DNA from: Diadema antillarum
Lineage: Eukaryota
Length of the DNA: 64,000 nt
Direction: 5' to 3'
NCBI RefSeq assembly: GCF_040938485.1
Contig: NW_027270990.1
Coordinates: 310,001-374,000 of the forward strand
Shown in pieces: positions 61,985-64,000 of the stretch. The position numbers and the translations under genes were made by a program. The notes below the pieces were generated by a model. That model was not told the DNA's origin and searched no databases. It saw only the letters and a program-made list of their open reading frames with translations. The first letter of the stretch is position 1, and each line of letters starts with the position of its first letter.

Positions 61985-63303
61985 ATTTTTATACCCCCGC
62001 CAAACGAAGTTTGAAGGGGGTATATAGGAATCAGCGGACGGTCGGGCGGTCGGGCGGTCGGTCGGGCGGTCGGGCGGTCGGGCGGTCGGGCGGTCGGTCC
62101 GTTGCAAATCTTGCGTCGCGAACTACTTCCTCAGTTTTCAACCGATTCCCATAAAACTTGGCACAGATGTGTGCCTTGGGTTGTAGATGTGCAAGACGTA
62201 TTTTTTGACAGTACCCAAAAGTACGTTGCCATGGTAACGGCATATTATGGGCAAAAATGGGTACAAATCTTGCGTCGCGAACTCCTCCCACAGTTTTCGA
62301 TCAATTTTTATGAAATTAGGTACAGATGTTCGTCTGAATATGTTAATGTGCAAGACACATATTTCCGCAGTGGCAAAAAGTGCGTTGCCATGGTAACGGC
62401 ATGTTATTGGTAAAATATAGAGCAAAATGCTTCATGGCAAAACTGCTTCATCAGTGTTCTTCCAATTCTCATGGAATTCATATTGAATGTTTGTCTTAGG
62501 ATATAGGTCAGCGTGACACATTTCTTGACCGTGACAAAAAGTATGTTGCCATGGTAACAGCTCACATATTATGAGCCAAAATGATGGAAAATTTTGTGTT
62601 GCAAACTACTTCCTCAGTTTTTGCCCAATTTCCATGAAACTTGGTACAGATGTGTGCCTTTGGTTGTAGATGTGCAAGACGCATTTTTTGACAGTACCCG
62701 AAAGTACGTTGCCGTGGTAACGGCATATTAATGGCAGAAGATCAAGGAAAGATCTTGCGGATTTAACTACTTCCTCAGTTTTTTGACCAAAGCTTATGAA
62801 ATGTGGCACACACCTTGATCTTGGTGGGAAGATGTGGAAGACATATTTTTCGGATGTGTCGGAAGCTGCGTTGCCATGGTAACGGCATATAAATGGCAGA
62901 AGATCAAGGAAAGATCTTGCAGATTGAACTACTTCCTCTGTATTCGACTGAAGCTCATGAAATGTGGCACACACATTGGTCTTGGTGGGAAGATGTGCAA
63001 GACATATTTTTTGGACGTGTCGGAAGCTGCGTTGCCATGGTAACGGCATATTAATGGTGGATGATCAAGGAAAGATCTTGTGGATTGAACTACTTCCTCA
63101 GTTTTTGACAAAAGCTTATGAAATGTGGCACACACAATAGTCTTGGTGGGAAGATGTGCAAGACATATTTTTCGGACGTGAAGGAAGCTGCGTTGCCATG
63201 GTAACGGCATTTAAATGGCAGAAGATCAAGGAAAGATCATTCCTTGGGTAAGACTGTCGTCATGGGGCGGGGGTATTAATCACCTTAAGTGATATTTCTA
63301 GTT
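61985..63303 (-). mobile_element. Non-autonomous Helentron/HINE element E with seven about 161-bp central repeats
   Basis: T-run followed by hairpin ATACCCCC...GGGGGTAT (61991-62023). (GGTCGGGC)n microsatellite. GTTGCCATGGTAAC units at 62225, 62384, 62545, 62708, 62870, 63031 and 63192. Subterminal GGCGGGGGTAT at about 63266. Confidence 0.85.
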
Positions 63304-64000
63304 AGTTGCTGAGAGAAACCCTGAAGACATACAGTAGATTTTGATTCATTCAATAAGCATGATAATGATAAGGTAGCTGATCTGTAATAGTCTAGTTAAC
63401 TGGACTCACGGGACAGCGCATCTGAGGGAAAGCTTCCATGACCCAGGAATTATAAAACATGTGCTTTTGAGCATTACATAACGTTGTATTTGCTACTTCA
63501 AAACAAAACCTTTGGTGGAAATGGAAGGGGGGGGAAGCATGTAAAAGAAATTTGTAGTCATGTGCTGGAATGTTTCTTAGTTGACGTAGCTGTGGTTTGC
63601 CTGTGGCTTGAGTAGCTATTGGAGGTTTTATCATCTCTGGCCATCACACCAGTGTTTCTATGATACCAGTCACTTCACTCATGTGTACAGTTAGCTGTAT
63701 GTAGCCGTTAATAGGACGCCCATAATTTGCATCTGGCTCACTTGTACCTCTTGTTATGTACATCTCGAGAGTGTCATTCTAACAGTCATAACAGACTTTT
63801 GTGTGTTGATTGAACGATTCATTGTATACATTTTATGAATTCATATATTTATATAGATTGTAAGCTTTGTTATGCTTTTATATACATGCATGCTTATACT
63901 ATATCTTCCCACCTATTTTCTGTCTCCTATTTGGTTTGCTTGTTGCACTTCATGTAACACTACTTACATCCAGTTAAATTGTGGGCCTAACCTTTTTCAA

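Noticed and set aside
62031-63210. Repeated MPLPWQR... ORFs on the minus strand
   Set aside because: Translations of the 161-bp tandem unit (the X-box palindrome supplies the ATG). Not a protein family.

Overview
Eukaryotic (metazoan) genomic DNA, AT-rich and rich in introns and transposons. The repeat style suggests an invertebrate deuterostome such as a sea urchin, but that is inference only. Two housekeeping genes lie head to head, and both run off the window. (1) On the minus strand are the first five coding exons of exportin-1 (XPO1/CRM1): 7251-7126, 3122-3021, 1845-1711, 1414-1254 and 411-297 (639 nt, codons 1-213, all GT-AG and phase-consistent). (2) On the plus strand are the first 13 coding exons of an RRBP1 (p180)/kinectin-family ER membrane coiled-coil protein, from 22804 to 59196 (2037 nt, 679 codons, all junctions phase-consistent). 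The rest is intronic or intergenic DNA full of non-autonomous DNA transposons: at least five Helentron/HINE (DINE-1-like) elements, Kolobok-type (TTAA), TA-TSD, 6-bp-TSD and PIF/Harbinger MITEs, fold-back palindromes and microsatellites. There is a 235-N assembly gap. Almost all ORFs in the supplied track are spurious, or are exons read into introns. I did not find a convincing new multi-gene system. The most notable points are an RRBP1 that lacks the vertebrate decapeptide repeats, HINE central repeats of roughly nucleosome length, a tRNA-like cassette inside one HINE, tandem RFX X-boxes inside another, a Harbinger derivative that keeps a MADF-like relic, and a candidate poison exon.
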